A stretch of 61,989 nucleotides of DNA, counting the filler, from a bacterium (lineage in GTDB: Bacteria; JALSQH01), in NCBI GenBank assembly GCA_026985515.1. It is 6 parts of 6 records of this genome, joined end to end, with 100 filler letters (N's around TTAATTAATTAA, not from the genome) between each part and the next. Parts side by side here need not be neighbours in the genome. Positions count along the whole stretch, not along the records: positions 1 to 26,352 come from JALSQH010000228.1; 5 more parts are not named here. One strand, given 5' to 3'. This document shows, piece after piece, positions 1-9,157 of the stretch. Positions within the stretch are counted from its first letter, which is position 1, and every line of letters starts with the position of its first letter. The notes beneath the pieces are model-generated. The model ran no database searches. It was given only the letters and a program-made list of their open reading frames with translations, and was not told the origin of the DNA. The position numbers and the translations under genes were made by a program.

Positions 1-69
1 CCCATACAGGAAAGTTGCAGGCACAAGAAACAACAGGGTCCAGAGTAACAAACTTTTTCTCCTTCTCAT
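1..69 (-). CDS. N-terminus of a secreted protein (partial, runs off window edge)
   Basis: Minus strand reads AAGGAGG-N4-ATG then MRRRKSLLLWTLLFLVPATFLYG, a basic plus hydrophobic signal peptide; not in the ORF track. Confidence 0.7.
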   Translation of the reverse strand, partial: MRRRKSLLLWTLLFLVPATFLYG

Positions 70-100
70 AATACCTCCTTCCTGAGTTCTCTGTTAAATT

Positions 101-115
101 TCAATGGATGTGCCA
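101..115 (-). promoter_or_regulatory. sigma54-like -24/-12 promoter (TGGCAC-ATCCA-TTGA)
   Basis: Matches TGGCAC-N5-TTGC except A at -12; about 30 nt upstream of the start at 69. Confidence 0.6.
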
Positions 116-154
116 GAACCAGATTAAGAAAATCAGAATGAAAAAAAGGATATC

Positions 155-202
155 AGACCAGTAAATGTACAGAAGGGAAAATAGTTGGTGAAAAAATGTG
201 CA
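155..202. promoter_or_regulatory. Pair of NtrC-like enhancer boxes
   Basis: AGACC-N7-GTACA (155-171) and TGGTG-N7-GTGCA (186-202), 31 bp apart; partial matches to TGCAC-N7-GTGCA. Confidence 0.45.
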
Positions 203-219
203 GGGTAGACACCCTGCAC
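191..219 (-). terminator. Intrinsic terminator of amtB
   Basis: Perfect 9-bp stem GTGCAGGGT/ACCCTGCAC (198-206/211-219) with a T6 tract on the minus strand, 3 nt after the stop codon. Confidence 0.8.
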
Positions 220-222
220 GAA

Positions 223-1512
223 TTAGAGATCAAAGGATTTCTCACCATGAAATGCCTGATCAAGTCCCTCAATCTCGATCTCTTCACTGACTCTCCACCC
301 TGCGGTTAAGATCCTGGACAGATACGCAAGAACAACGGTCAGGACCACCACAAAGATAATCACAACGACTATCCCGATGAGCTGATTTACAAAAAGTTTA
401 CCTCCTCCGTAGAACAATCCTGCCTTCCCATTGATGGAAGGATCAGCAAATAACCCTGCAGCAAGTGTACCCCAGATTCCATCAATTCCATGAACTCCAA
501 ATACATCAAGTGAATCATCATATCCTAATTTTACCTTCAACCAGGTAACTGCATAGAATCCAAAAATGCCAGCAAAAAGACCAATAATAAGTGCTCCCCA
601 GAAATTCACATAACCTGAGGCAGGGGTAATGGCGGCCAGTCCTCCAATAGCACCAGATACAAGGCCCAGAAGTGTGGGTTTACCCTCGCTGATCCATTCA
701 AGAAGCATCCAGGTTAGAGCTGCTATAGCACCGGAAGTATTGGTGGTAATAAAGGCATTAACAGCTACCCCATTTATTGCCAGTGCACTTCCCGCATTGA
801 AACCGAACCATCCAAACCAGAGGAGTGCTGCACCAAGAGCGGTTAAAAGTACACTGGAAGGAAAGAAGGGTTCTTTCATATAATTCTTTCTTTTTCCAAT
901 TAAGAGGGCAAGGGTTATTCCAGTTATTCCGGCCGTAATGTGAACAACAATTCCACCGGCAAAATCTATTACCCCCAATTTGCTTAAAAATCCGCCACCC
1001 CACACCCAGTGAGCAACAGGTGAGTAGACAAAAGTCAGCCAGAGGATAGAAAATATAATCCACCAGCTGAATTTTGTTCTTTCAATGATCGATCCAGCCA
1101 CCAGGGCTATGGTAATGGCAGCAAAGGTCATCTGGAACACTGCAAAGAGGAGAGTGGGTATTGTACCGGTTACATCATTTATTCCTATTCCACTTAAAAA
1201 AGCATTCCTCAAGTTTCCAATTATGGATCCATTACCGCTGAATGCCAGGGAGTAACCCCAGAACATCCATATGAGACTGCCAATTACATAACTGATAAAA
1301 ACCATTGCATAAGTATTGAGCAGGTTCTTATTCCTGACCATCCCTCCATAGAACAGAGCAAGCCCAGCCGGAGTCATGAACATAACAAGGGCCGTGGCAA
1401 CAATTAACCACGCTGAATCAGCTTTGTCCATTCCCGTTGAAGCAAAGAGATTGCCAGAAACAAAAAAGGTTGTGAGTAAAAGATAGGCAGTTAAAAGTAG
1501 TTTCTTTTTCAT
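223..1512 (-). CDS. amtB: Ammonium transporter Amt
   Basis: FQMTFA, AHWVWGGG, DFAGGIVVH, WFGWFGFNAGS and DDSLDVFGVHG motifs; both pore histidines; N-terminal signal. Confidence 0.97.
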   Translation of the reverse strand: MKKKLLLTAYLLLTTFFVSGNLFASTGMDKADSAWLIVATALVMFMTPAGLALFYGGMVRNKNLLNTYAMVFISYVIGSLIWMFWGYSLAFSGNGSIIGNLRNAFLSGIGINDVTGTIPTLLFAVFQMTFAAITIALVAGSIIERTKFSWWIIFSILWLTFVYSPVAHWVWGGGFLSKLGVIDFAGGIVVHITAGITGITLALLIGKRKNYMKEPFFPSSVLLTALGAALLWFGWFGFNAGSALAINGVAVNAFITTNTSGAIAALTWMLLEWISEGKPTLLGLVSGAIGGLAAITPASGYVNFWGALIIGLFAGIFGFYAVTWLKVKLGYDDSLDVFGVHGIDGIWGTLAAGLFADPSINGKAGLFYGGGKLFVNQLIGIVVVIIFVVVLTVVLAYLSRILTAGWRVSEEIEIEGLDQAFHGEKSFDL

Positions 1513-1546
1513 TTAGAATCCTCCCTTTCAATTTTTTCATGTGTTA

Positions 1547-1561
1547 TCAATTGAAATACCA
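1547..1561 (-). promoter_or_regulatory. sigma54-like promoter of amtB (TGGTAT-TTCAA-TTGA)
   Basis: GG-N10-GA about 35 nt upstream of the start; amtB is typically sigma54/NtrC controlled. Confidence 0.6.
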
Positions 1562-1598
1562 CTTTTTAAACATGATTATCAGCTTTTCCAGTGTTTAA

Positions 1599-1646
1599 AA
1601 GTCAAAAAATGTGCAAAGCTTAAAATTGTTGATTAAAAATTGGTCA
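1599..1646. promoter_or_regulatory. Pair of NtrC-like enhancer boxes upstream of amtB
   Basis: AAGTC-N7-GTGCA (1599-1615) and TGATT-N7-GGTCA (1630-1646), 31 bp apart, with A-rich spacers. Confidence 0.45.
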
Positions 1647-1670
1647 TATAAGCATCTCTTAAAATTTTTT

Positions 1671-1699
1671 TTGATTTAAACCAATTAAAAAAGTATAAT
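1671..1699 (+). promoter_or_regulatory. sigma70 promoter of the diguanylate cyclase operon
   Basis: TTGATT-17-TATAAT. Confidence 0.6.
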
Positions 1700-1715
1700 T
1701 AAGTAGGGATGTTTT

Positions 1716-2798
1716 ATGAACTTTTTTACAAAAAAGAAAAAAATGACAAAGCTAACAGTTATTCTTTTTATTCTAAATTTCACCTTCACCACACTTCTCC
1801 TTTCTGGTATTGTCCTGAAAGAATCACGGGAGATGATATTTACCCTTCTAATAACCGCACTGCTGATTTTAAGCATGAGTCTGGCAATTTTTCATTCAAA
1901 AAAACAATCTTTTTTCACATTCACATTTCTTTTTATTGCACTTATTTCTTTTCCACTAATCTGGTTTCTTGACAACGGAATTGATGGTCCTGCTCCCTTC
2001 ATGTTCACAGTTATTTTTCTTATCGGTGTGATATCTTTCAGAAAAAGAATGAGAATTTTTCAGTTAACACTGCTCATAACCATTTTTGTAACCTTAATAA
2101 CTCTGGAAAAATTAAGGCCTGATCTTTTATACAGGTGCTCCTCTCTCTCCTGTGTGAATACTAACAAGCTTGCCGGACTGATAATCTTCACTTTTGCCAT
2201 AATCTTTGTTTCATTCACATTTTTCAGGAGACTGGAAAAAGAAGAGGAAAATTCAAGCAGATATGCATATTATGTGAGCAGAGAAAACAGCAAATTAAAA
2301 GAACTGGCAAATACCGATCAACTAACCCAGCTGCCAAACAGGAGAAACATTGAAGAAAAAATAAGGTATCAGTATAAAGTTTCCAGGAGAAAAAAGAGAA
2401 AGTTTTCATTTATGATGATTGACATAGATGATTTCAAGCAAGTAAACGACCGTTATGGACATCTGGCAGGTGATTTCATTTTAAAAGAAATTGCAAAAAT
2501 AATAAAAAGAAACATAAGGGATCAGGATACACCATCCAGATGGGGAGGAGAAGAATTTCTTATTCTCCTTCCCGAATGTAATGCCAGAAGATGTGCAACA
2601 ATTGCTGAAAGAATCAGAAAGGCAGTTTATGATCATTCTTTCATTTACAGGAATATGGTGATAAAATTAACCGTGAGTATTGGTGTTTCGGAACATGATT
2701 TCAGATATCCCAACCCCAGAAAGTATATTGAAAGAGCTGATAGAGCAATGTACATCAGCAAAGCAAAAGGGAAAAATATGGTAACGGTGGTAGCATGA
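1716..2798 (+). CDS. Membrane-bound diguanylate cyclase (GGDEF)
   Basis: About 6 TM helices, then TDQLTQLPNRR, DIDDFKQVNDRYGH, RDQD I-site and GGEEF; start may be 1743. Confidence 0.93.
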   Translation: MNFFTKKKKMTKLTVILFILNFTFTTLLLSGIVLKESREMIFTLLITALLILSMSLAIFHSKKQSFFTFTFLFIALISFPLIWFLDNGIDGPAPFMFTVIFLIGVISFRKRMRIFQLTLLITIFVTLITLEKLRPDLLYRCSSLSCVNTNKLAGLIIFTFAIIFVSFTFFRRLEKEEENSSRYAYYVSRENSKLKELANTDQLTQLPNRRNIEEKIRYQYKVSRRKKRKFSFMMIDIDDFKQVNDRYGHLAGDFILKEIAKIIKRNIRDQDTPSRWGGEEFLILLPECNARRCATIAERIRKAVYDHSFIYRNMVIKLTVSIGVSEHDFRYPNPRKYIERADRAMYISKAKGKNMVTVVA

Positions 2799-3472
2799 AA
2801 TTAACTCCTGATATGCCAGATCCCAAACAGGCAGTAGAATTGCAAAATATTCTCCGGGAAAAGATTATTCTTGAAGGATTCAGCAGGATTCCAGCCATAA
2901 TTGGAGGAACTGACATATCCTACGATAAGAGAAGTGACACACTCTTTGCTGGAATCGTAATATTAAAACTCCCTGAATTACATGTTATTGACTCTGCATA
3001 TTTTACGGGAAAAGTGACATTCCCCTACATCCCTGGTCTGCTTTCTTTCCGGGAAGTACCGGCACTTTTTGAGGCCTATCAAAGGTTAAAAATTAAACCA
3101 GAATTGCTTATGGTGGATGGCCAGGGTTACGCTCATCCAAGGAGAATCGGTCTTGCTTCTCACCTTGGACTTGTTTTAAACATTCCCACCATAGGTGTGG
3201 CAAAGAAAAAATTAATAGGCACATATGAAGAACCACCCCTCACTAAAGGAAGCTATTCACCACTTTATGACAATGGAGAAATGATCGGATACGTACTTCG
3301 CACAAAGGATAACACAAGACCTGTTTTTGTCTCTCCGGGCCACCTGATAAACTTTGAGTGGTCACTGAAAATAACACTTCATACTTTAAAAGGGTATAAA
3401 ATACCCGAACCCACCCGCCAGGCCCACATTTTTGTCAATCAGATAAGGAAAAAGTATCTGGAAGAAACCTAA
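2795..3472 (+). CDS. nfi: Endonuclease V
   Basis: GTDISY, FPYIPGLLSFRE, VDGQGYAHPRRIGLASH, IGVAK, IPEPTRQAH. Confidence 0.96.
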   Translation: MKLTPDMPDPKQAVELQNILREKIILEGFSRIPAIIGGTDISYDKRSDTLFAGIVILKLPELHVIDSAYFTGKVTFPYIPGLLSFREVPALFEAYQRLKIKPELLMVDGQGYAHPRRIGLASHLGLVLNIPTIGVAKKKLIGTYEEPPLTKGSYSPLYDNGEMIGYVLRTKDNTRPVFVSPGHLINFEWSLKITLHTLKGYKIPEPTRQAHIFVNQIRKKYLEET

Positions 3473-3693
3473 CACCCCCCTTCATCGATTTCAGCAACCA
3501 CATCTCCTTCATTAACAGTCTGATCAAAAGTTACATGAATTTTAGTTACTTTTCCTGATACTTCGGCCTCAATAGGTATTTCCATTTTCATTGATTCAAT
3601 AATGATAATCGGATCCCCTTCCTCCACACAGTCACCCTCATTTGCAACAATCTTCCAGACCTTACCCACCATTTGAGCCACTACCTCTGCCAT
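3469..3693 (-). CDS. Biotin carboxyl carrier protein (stand-alone)
   Basis: 74 aa with the ESMKMEIPI biotinylation motif. Confidence 0.93.
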   Translation of the reverse strand: MAEVVAQMVGKVWKIVANEGDCVEEGDPIIIIESMKMEIPIEAEVSGKVTKIHVTFDQTVNEGDVVAEIDEGGC

Positions 3694-3750
3694 CTAACTC
3701 CTCCTGTGTTTTTCTAATTTTTATAGTATACTTTCCGAAAATTGTAAAGG

Positions 3751-4545
3751 CTATCTGCCCTTCCATTTTGGCTCTCTTTTTTCAAAAAAAGCTCGTATTC
3801 CCTCCATGGCATCTTCTGTACTCAATACTTCCATCAATTTACCATGGAGATACTCAATCGACTCCATATATTCTCTGTCCATAATGTCATAATACGCATT
3901 TCTGCCCATGCGAATTATAAGAAGACTCATCTTTGCAATTTTCTTTGCTATTTCCATTGTTTCCTCTCTCAATTTTTCATAAGGAACAACCTTATTGACA
4001 AATCCCAGTTGATAAGCCTCCTGGGCTGTAATTGGCTCACCCGTCAGGATCATTTCCATTGCCTTCTTACGAGGAACATTTCTGAAAATTGTTGCCATTA
4101 TCATCATGGGCCACAAGCCCCTCTTTATTTCCGGTGTGGCAAACTTGGCGTGTTCAGCGGCTACGATCATGTCGCATGCCAGCGCCACACCAAAAGCACC
4201 TGCATAACAGTAACCATTTACCATTGCAATTATTGGCTTACCCAGTTTTCTTATATTGTCAAACAACTTTACAAAATTATCCCTTGGATCACCATCATCC
4301 GGAACATTCACATCTGTCTGAAAGCCCCCTGCAAGGTCGCCACCAGATGAGAAAGCCTTCTCTCCTGCACCTGTGAGAATCAAGGCTCCAATACTATCGT
4401 CATCCCTGACTGTTCTCAAAATATAATTAATTTCCATCAATACACCCTGAGAAAGAGCATTTCTTGCCTCTGGCCTGTTAATGGTTATAATCCCCACCCT
4501 GTCCTCAACCTCCCACAGAATATTTTTGAATTCAGGCATCTTCAT
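3751..4545 (-). CDS. Enoyl-CoA hydratase/crotonase (methylglutaconyl-CoA hydratase-like)
   Basis: INRPEARNAL, AFSSGGDL, PE motif, EGIRAFFEKREPKW. Confidence 0.92.
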   Translation of the reverse strand: MKMPEFKNILWEVEDRVGIITINRPEARNALSQGVLMEINYILRTVRDDDSIGALILTGAGEKAFSSGGDLAGGFQTDVNVPDDGDPRDNFVKLFDNIRKLGKPIIAMVNGYCYAGAFGVALACDMIVAAEHAKFATPEIKRGLWPMMIMATIFRNVPRKKAMEMILTGEPITAQEAYQLGFVNKVVPYEKLREETMEIAKKIAKMSLLIIRMGRNAYYDIMDREYMESIEYLHGKLMEVLSTEDAMEGIRAFFEKREPKWKGR

Positions 4546-4554
4546 TTCGCCCTC

Positions 4555-5904
4555 CTATTTTGATTTTTTCCACTGAAAAAATCTTTCAATTACATGTGTA
4601 TCATACCTTCCCTCAACAAATTCGGGAAACTCCATCATCTCTCTCAGAAATGGGATATTGGTTTTCGGCCCCTCAATGATAAAATTATCCAGCGCGTACT
4701 TCATTCTCTCAATAGCTTCGTCTCTCGTTTTCCCCCAGACTATCAACTTTGCTAACAGGGGGTCGTAATACATTGGTACTTTAAAACCTTCATAGACACC
4801 GCTATCCACTCTTATATTTTCCCCTGATGGTTCGCTGTACTTTTTTATCAATCCTGGTGAAGGATAAAACCTTACGGGGTCCTCAGCATAAATTCTGCAC
4901 TCAATAGCATGCCCCTCACGCTTAATCTGTGGCTGTGAAAGGTTGAGTTTCTCACCTGCGGCAATTCTTATCTGCCACTCTACCAGATCTATTCCTGTGG
5001 TCATTTCTGTTACAGGATGCTCAACCTGGAGTCGGGTGTTCATCTCGAGGAAGTAGTGGTTTTTCTTATCATCAACCAAGAACTCAATTGTACCGGCATT
5101 TTTATAATTTACTGATCTGGCAGCCCTGATAGCACTCTCACCCATTTCCTCAACTTTGTTTATGTCAATAAAAGGAGAAGGGGTTTCTTCAATAACTTTT
5201 TGATGTCTTCTCTGCACTGAGCATTCTCTCTCAAATATATGAATCGTATTGCCATAATTATCTGCCAAAATCTGAATCTCAATATGATGAGGATTGGAGA
5301 CATATTTTTCAATGTAAACCGTAGCATCGCCAAAGGCCTGCTTCGCCCTGTTCTGTGCCTCTTCAATAGCCGATTCGAGATCTTCACGGCGATTGACGAT
5401 CTTCATACCGATTCCACCACCTCCACTGGCAGCTTTTATTATCACCGGGAAACCAACCTTCTCAGCAAATTCCACTGCTTCATGAATACTTTTTATATCC
5501 TCCGTTCCGGGAACAATGGGAACACCTGCTTCCGATACATGTTTTCTTGCCCTTGTCTTGTTTCCCATAGTTTCTGATGCAAAGGGATCTGGACCAATAA
5601 AAACAAGGCCTGCTTCCTGAACCTTCCTGGCAAATTCAGGGTTTTCCGCCAGAAAGCCATACCCTGGATGAACTGCCTCAGCTCCGGAATCAATGGCCGC
5701 TTTAATAATTGCCTGCATATTCAAATATGAACTCACAGGTGGTGGATCCCCTATGCAGTAGTGTTCATCTGCCATCTTAACATGAAGTGCATCCCTGTCT
5801 GCGGTGGAACAGACTGCAACTGACTTAATATTCATCTTTCTCAGAGTCCTGATAATCCTGACTGCAATCTCGCCTCGATTTGCAATCAATACCTTCTTAA
5901 ACAT
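4555..5904 (-). CDS. accC: Biotin carboxylase subunit of an acyl-CoA carboxylase
   Basis: IANRGEIA, HPGYGFLAEN, GGGGIGM, RECSVQRRHQK, EMNTRLQVEH. Confidence 0.95.
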   Translation of the reverse strand: MFKKVLIANRGEIAVRIIRTLRKMNIKSVAVCSTADRDALHVKMADEHYCIGDPPPVSSYLNMQAIIKAAIDSGAEAVHPGYGFLAENPEFARKVQEAGLVFIGPDPFASETMGNKTRARKHVSEAGVPIVPGTEDIKSIHEAVEFAEKVGFPVIIKAASGGGGIGMKIVNRREDLESAIEEAQNRAKQAFGDATVYIEKYVSNPHHIEIQILADNYGNTIHIFERECSVQRRHQKVIEETPSPFIDINKVEEMGESAIRAARSVNYKNAGTIEFLVDDKKNHYFLEMNTRLQVEHPVTEMTTGIDLVEWQIRIAAGEKLNLSQPQIKREGHAIECRIYAEDPVRFYPSPGLIKKYSEPSGENIRVDSGVYEGFKVPMYYDPLLAKLIVWGKTRDEAIERMKYALDNFIIEGPKTNIPFLREMMEFPEFVEGRYDTHVIERFFQWKKSK

Positions 5905-5924
5905 GCTCCCTCCTTTTTTGTTAG

Positions 5925-5938
5925 TAAGTCTTTACTTA
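5925..5938. promoter_or_regulatory. Palindrome upstream of accC, candidate repressor operator
   Basis: TAAGT-CTTT-ACTTA just upstream of the RBS. Confidence 0.3.
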
Positions 5939-5984
5939 TAAATATTAAAGCAAAAAGAGGGAAAAGATGCAAGGAATGGGAAAG

Positions 5985-6006
5985 GGAGGGGATGATAACC
6001 CCCTCC
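5985..6006 (-). terminator. Probable terminator hairpin after the lipoprotein gene
   Basis: GGAGGGG/CCCCTCC stem right after the stop; weak U tract. Confidence 0.5.
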
Positions 6007-6010
6007 GTTT

Positions 6011-7924
6011 TCATCTTATCAGGCGATCAATGTGATTCCAGATATAAAGAATCAAATCATACTCATTTCGCATCGCACAGTTGACTATGCCGTTGATTTT
6101 TATCTGATCAAGAGTTACCTCGTCATATGAAGAATCCATTGCAGGCCTGCAGTTATCAGGAAATTTCGTTTCATCAATTTCCAGGAAACCCCACAATGTG
6201 GGTTCCTGCCAGTCAAAATAAAAGTAATAAAGTTCCGAATCATCAGATGTCTCGGGTAACAGGTTATCGGGTGGTAATATTACAAGATTATCTGTGAATG
6301 CATCGGTGGGGTAAAGTACATTGTAAACAAAGGCACTATTCAACTGACCTGTACCGGAGAGAAAAAGAGTAAAGTGACCAGGATCATCAAAAAGGTTATC
6401 CAGTATCAGAAGAGGAGGAGTATTTTCAAATTCTTTTCCATTGACACTTCCCCAGCATGAATTACCAATACAATATTCAAACTCCCAGAGCATAATATAA
6501 TCAAAAGGCTTATCATTAACATCAACATCCATTCTGTAGAAACCAGTTGTTCTCGTTACACCTCCATTGTAAATCCACGCTGGCAAAAGAGATCTGAGCC
6601 CTGTAAAATCATAATTATCAACAACCCGGTAAAGTGCACCAAAATCTGCCAAAACAAAACCATCAGGGAAACTGAAATTTAATTGATCCCCTGTATAGCC
6701 TGTTTCCCTACCTATTGAATTAAGCACATCAGAAAAAACCTTTCCAAGATCGAAATCTGGTTGCGAACTGGTGAAATTTTCAAGCTGTGAGAGGATCTTC
6801 TTTCCTTCACTTTTCAATTCTGCAAGGACCTCTTCAGAAAAGGGATTGATGATGAACCCCTCGTCACTGCTCCCGGCATTTTTGTATGCACTTTTAATTC
6901 CATTAATAGCAATCAAATCTCCCCTGGAGAGTTTTCCATTTCCATCGCTATCAATTACATAAATATACCAGGGTGGATTTTGACCACTTTTTACAAGTCT
7001 CGAGTTCAGCATCTCTATCAGCCCCTCTCCCGCTGCTGCAATCTCTGTTGTACCGGATGGATATGTTACTGCTTTTTCACTTCCAAAAAGGTTGGCAAGC
7101 ATCCCCTCAAAAAATATTCTGCTCTTCCTGTAATATTCTCTGCCATTTTTATCCCATGTGAGGAGATCCCTGTAATTACCCAGTATATGTGCGATGAAGT
7201 GTGGCCATGGTGGAATAAGACCTACATAGGATTCTCCCACCATTCGATTGTTATAATCTCCAATAATATTTCCCCAATCTCCCAGAGTTCCAAGGTCCTG
7301 GGAAGCAAGCACTTCCCACAATCCATAAAGAGCTGAGAAGAGGAATCCTGCCAATCTCAATTCAGGCATCCCCCACCTTCCCTTCAGGGAAATTACCACA
7401 GTAGAAGTATCCAGGGAGCTAAAAAGTTTTCTCAACATATCTCCCTTCCAGACGATATTAACACTTCCCACATCAATGGTGACACTACTGGCAGGGAAAC
7501 TGCTTATGAACTGTATTCTTTTGAAAGCATCATCTATATTTTGAAAAACTTCTCCCATAATTCCTGAAAGGTTTCCCTTAATTCCGGTTGTAGGAAGATC
7601 TGCTTCTGTATTGAAAGCTCCAGGGGCAAACTGGTTACTGCCACCCAGCCCCAGCAATTTTCCCATGGAATTACCTGCATTGTAAATATCTCTTACAAGT
7701 AAATACTCATTTCTTTTTAGCTCAAGATTTTTGTCATTGAATTCCACATCAAGACAGTACTCTTCAGCATCCCTGATCCCGGTAACAGTAACAGGATACT
7801 CCTCAATTGCATTTCTGCATAACTGTTCTTCTGTTGGTTTTTTACTTCTTTCACTTTTGTTATGATGACACGAAACAAGCAGGAGAAGTAACATAATAAA
7901 AGGAAATAAAAGGACTTTTCTCAT
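6011..7924 (-). CDS. Large lipoprotein of unknown function
   Basis: Lipobox LLVS-C, strong RBS, 637 aa, DSDGNGKLSRGD Ca-binding-like loop; family not recognised. Confidence 0.8.
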   Translation of the reverse strand: MRKVLLFPFIMLLLLLVSCHHNKSERSKKPTEEQLCRNAIEEYPVTVTGIRDAEEYCLDVEFNDKNLELKRNEYLLVRDIYNAGNSMGKLLGLGGSNQFAPGAFNTEADLPTTGIKGNLSGIMGEVFQNIDDAFKRIQFISSFPASSVTIDVGSVNIVWKGDMLRKLFSSLDTSTVVISLKGRWGMPELRLAGFLFSALYGLWEVLASQDLGTLGDWGNIIGDYNNRMVGESYVGLIPPWPHFIAHILGNYRDLLTWDKNGREYYRKSRIFFEGMLANLFGSEKAVTYPSGTTEIAAAGEGLIEMLNSRLVKSGQNPPWYIYVIDSDGNGKLSRGDLIAINGIKSAYKNAGSSDEGFIINPFSEEVLAELKSEGKKILSQLENFTSSQPDFDLGKVFSDVLNSIGRETGYTGDQLNFSFPDGFVLADFGALYRVVDNYDFTGLRSLLPAWIYNGGVTRTTGFYRMDVDVNDKPFDYIMLWEFEYCIGNSCWGSVNGKEFENTPPLLILDNLFDDPGHFTLFLSGTGQLNSAFVYNVLYPTDAFTDNLVILPPDNLLPETSDDSELYYFYFDWQEPTLWGFLEIDETKFPDNCRPAMDSSYDEVTLDQIKINGIVNCAMRNEYDLILYIWNHIDRLIR

Positions 7925-7996
7925 AACCTCCCTCCTTTCTGTTACTGGAAAAATTTTAATTCAATTTTCCTCAAAAAACAAATCCAGTTGTTTAAC

Positions 7997-8011
7997 TCAA
8001 TGATTATGCCA
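7997..8011 (-). promoter_or_regulatory. sigma54-like promoter (TGGCAT-AATCA-TTGA)
   Basis: GG-N10-GA about 70 nt upstream of the lipoprotein start. Confidence 0.55.
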
Positions 8012-8054
8012 AATTTTACAGGAAAAAACGAGACAGAAGACCAGAAAGGTAGCT

Positions 8055-8282
8055 CTACTTCAACCGGTCAATTTCCTCAATGGCTTTTTCTATTTTCTTT
8101 AAGGCCCTGTCTCTTAAACTCTTAATATACTCGATTTCTTTTCTGCACTTGACGAGGTAGGATCTGAGGTATTGATTTTCATCTTCCAGTTTTTTCTTCT
8201 CTTCTCTCAATCGCTTATTTTCCTCAACGAGGATGGCGAATTTTTCAATGAGTTCATTTATCCTGCTCAGGTTGTCTTCCAT
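8055..8282 (-). CDS. Small coiled-coil protein, ZapB-like
   Basis: 75 aa continuous heptad pattern (LVEENKRLREEKKKLEDENQYL). Confidence 0.6.
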   Translation of the reverse strand: MEDNLSRINELIEKFAILVEENKRLREEKKKLEDENQYLRSYLVKCRKEIEYIKSLRDRALKKIEKAIEEIDRLK

Positions 8283-9157
8283 ACTCTGAAGACCCTGTTT
8301 AATGTGTCAATTTCAGCCATGTAACCAAAGGGCAGGGTAAAAAAGGGTACTGTATGACCGGCTGGAAAATTGGTAACAATGGGAATGTTCCACCCTTTGA
8401 AAAATTTACTGATAAAATCGTTTGCCTCATATGAGTTGTAACCTGCCATTGTGATAATAAGACCTCTTGCTTTGTTTAATTTTCCCGAAAGAACAAGCTG
8501 GGTGAGCATCCTGTCCCATCTGTAAAGAGGCTCGTTCACATCTTCCAGAAATACAATTTTTTCATCAAAGTCTGGCTCAAAGGGGGTACCAATAAGGGAT
8601 ACAATCAGACTGAGACACCCACCTACAAGAATTCCCTCCCCTCTTCCATGATGTGCAATGAGGAGATCTCCAACGGGATACTCATATTCATCTGGCAGTG
8701 CCATAATTTTTTTCAGCACCCGCATGTTGGTCTCATCCTCTGCAACACCGAAATCCCCATCCACCATTGGACCATAGAGGGTCACAATCCCCACTCTGAA
8801 ATTGAAAAATAGATGGAGAGCTGTGAGATCACTGCTTCCAATAAATAACCTGGGATTTTTTTTGAAATCTTCTTCTCTCAAATAGGGAAGAAGATGCATG
8901 CTGCCATATCCACCCCTGATAGCCATAATAGCTTTTACACTCTCATCCTCATAAAGAGTCTCAAGATCAATCAGCCTCTGTCTCACATCACCAGCAAGGT
9001 AGTCATTTTTCTGGAAAATATTCTCTCCCTCTTTTATGTTAAAACCCTCTTTCTTTAAAACCTCAATTCCTTCTCTGTACCTTTCCACATCAAAGGGGCT
9101 CGCGGGAGCTATGACTCCAATGGTATCCCCGGGATTTACAGGAGACGGAAGTATCAA
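8267..9157 (-). CDS. ldcA: LD-carboxypeptidase (peptidase S66)
   Basis: IAPASP, RGGYG, IGSSDLT (Ser), FLEDVNE (Glu), PAGH (His). Confidence 0.92.
   Translation of the reverse strand: MILPSPVNPGDTIGVIAPASPFDVERYREGIEVLKKEGFNIKEGENIFQKNDYLAGDVRQRLIDLETLYEDESVKAIMAIRGGYGSMHLLPYLREEDFKKNPRLFIGSSDLTALHLFFNFRVGIVTLYGPMVDGDFGVAEDETNMRVLKKIMALPDEYEYPVGDLLIAHHGRGEGILVGGCLSLIVSLIGTPFEPDFDEKIVFLEDVNEPLYRWDRMLTQLVLSGKLNKARGLIITMAGYNSYEANDFISKFFKGWNIPIVTNFPAGHTVPFFTLPFGYMAEIDTLNRVFRVWKTT

Noticed and set aside
7925..8054. 6S RNA or zapA expected after the zapB-like gene
   Set aside because: The 130-nt gap has no ORF or long hairpin and holds the lipoprotein promoter instead.
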